A stretch of 64,000 nt of DNA, taken from Nageia nagi. Lineage: Eukaryota > Plantae > Pinophyta. Below the pieces are notes generated by a model that searched no databases, was not told the DNA's origin, and saw only the letters and a program-made list of their open reading frames with translations. A program made the position numbers and the translations under genes. Position 1 is the first letter of the stretch. Each line of letters begins with the position of its first letter. Shown in pieces: positions 63,989-64,000 of this stretch. Location of the stretch: NCBI GenBank assembly GCA_050084985.1, contig JBITNC010000002.1, positions 16,740,001 through 16,804,000 of the forward strand. Reading direction: 5' to 3'.

Positions 63989-64000
63989 TGAAGTTTAAAT

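Noticed and set aside
58513-64000. A single intact copia from the LTR at 58513 to the window end
   Set aside because: The 12 bases after the PPT (TGAAGTTTAAAT) do not clearly match the 58513 LTR start, so the pairing cannot be confirmed in this window.

Overview
AT-rich eukaryotic plant DNA. The giant TE-filled intron and decayed LTR landscape suggest a gymnosperm/conifer (inference). It holds two intact genes arranged tail to tail. The first is an intronless LRR receptor-like protein (+, 20470-22989; about 20 LRRs, island, 4 LRRs, TM, no kinase). The second is a 4-exon CFM9-like, probably mitochondrial CRM-domain splicing factor (-, join 55433-55324, 55196-54971, 52521-52120, 33131-31929; 646 aa) whose third intron is 18,988 bp. 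The rest is mostly nested, decayed Ty1/copia and Ty3/gypsy remnants, four TSD-flanked solo LTRs, a LINE fragment and hAT-type MITEs. Most notable: (1) a ~340-bp, high-identity inverted repeat ending ~310 bp upstream of the immune-type receptor; (2) a 4.1-kb intergenic copy (12106-16233) of CFM9 intron-3 DNA that abuts a degenerate telomere-like tract and is strongly AT-eroded relative to its source; (3) a gypsy-type remnant with an antisense Plant Mobile Domain ORF. There are no prokaryotic systems, CRISPR arrays or RNA genes. I cannot show a wholly new system from sequence alone; the items above are testable candidates. All alignments were done by eye.
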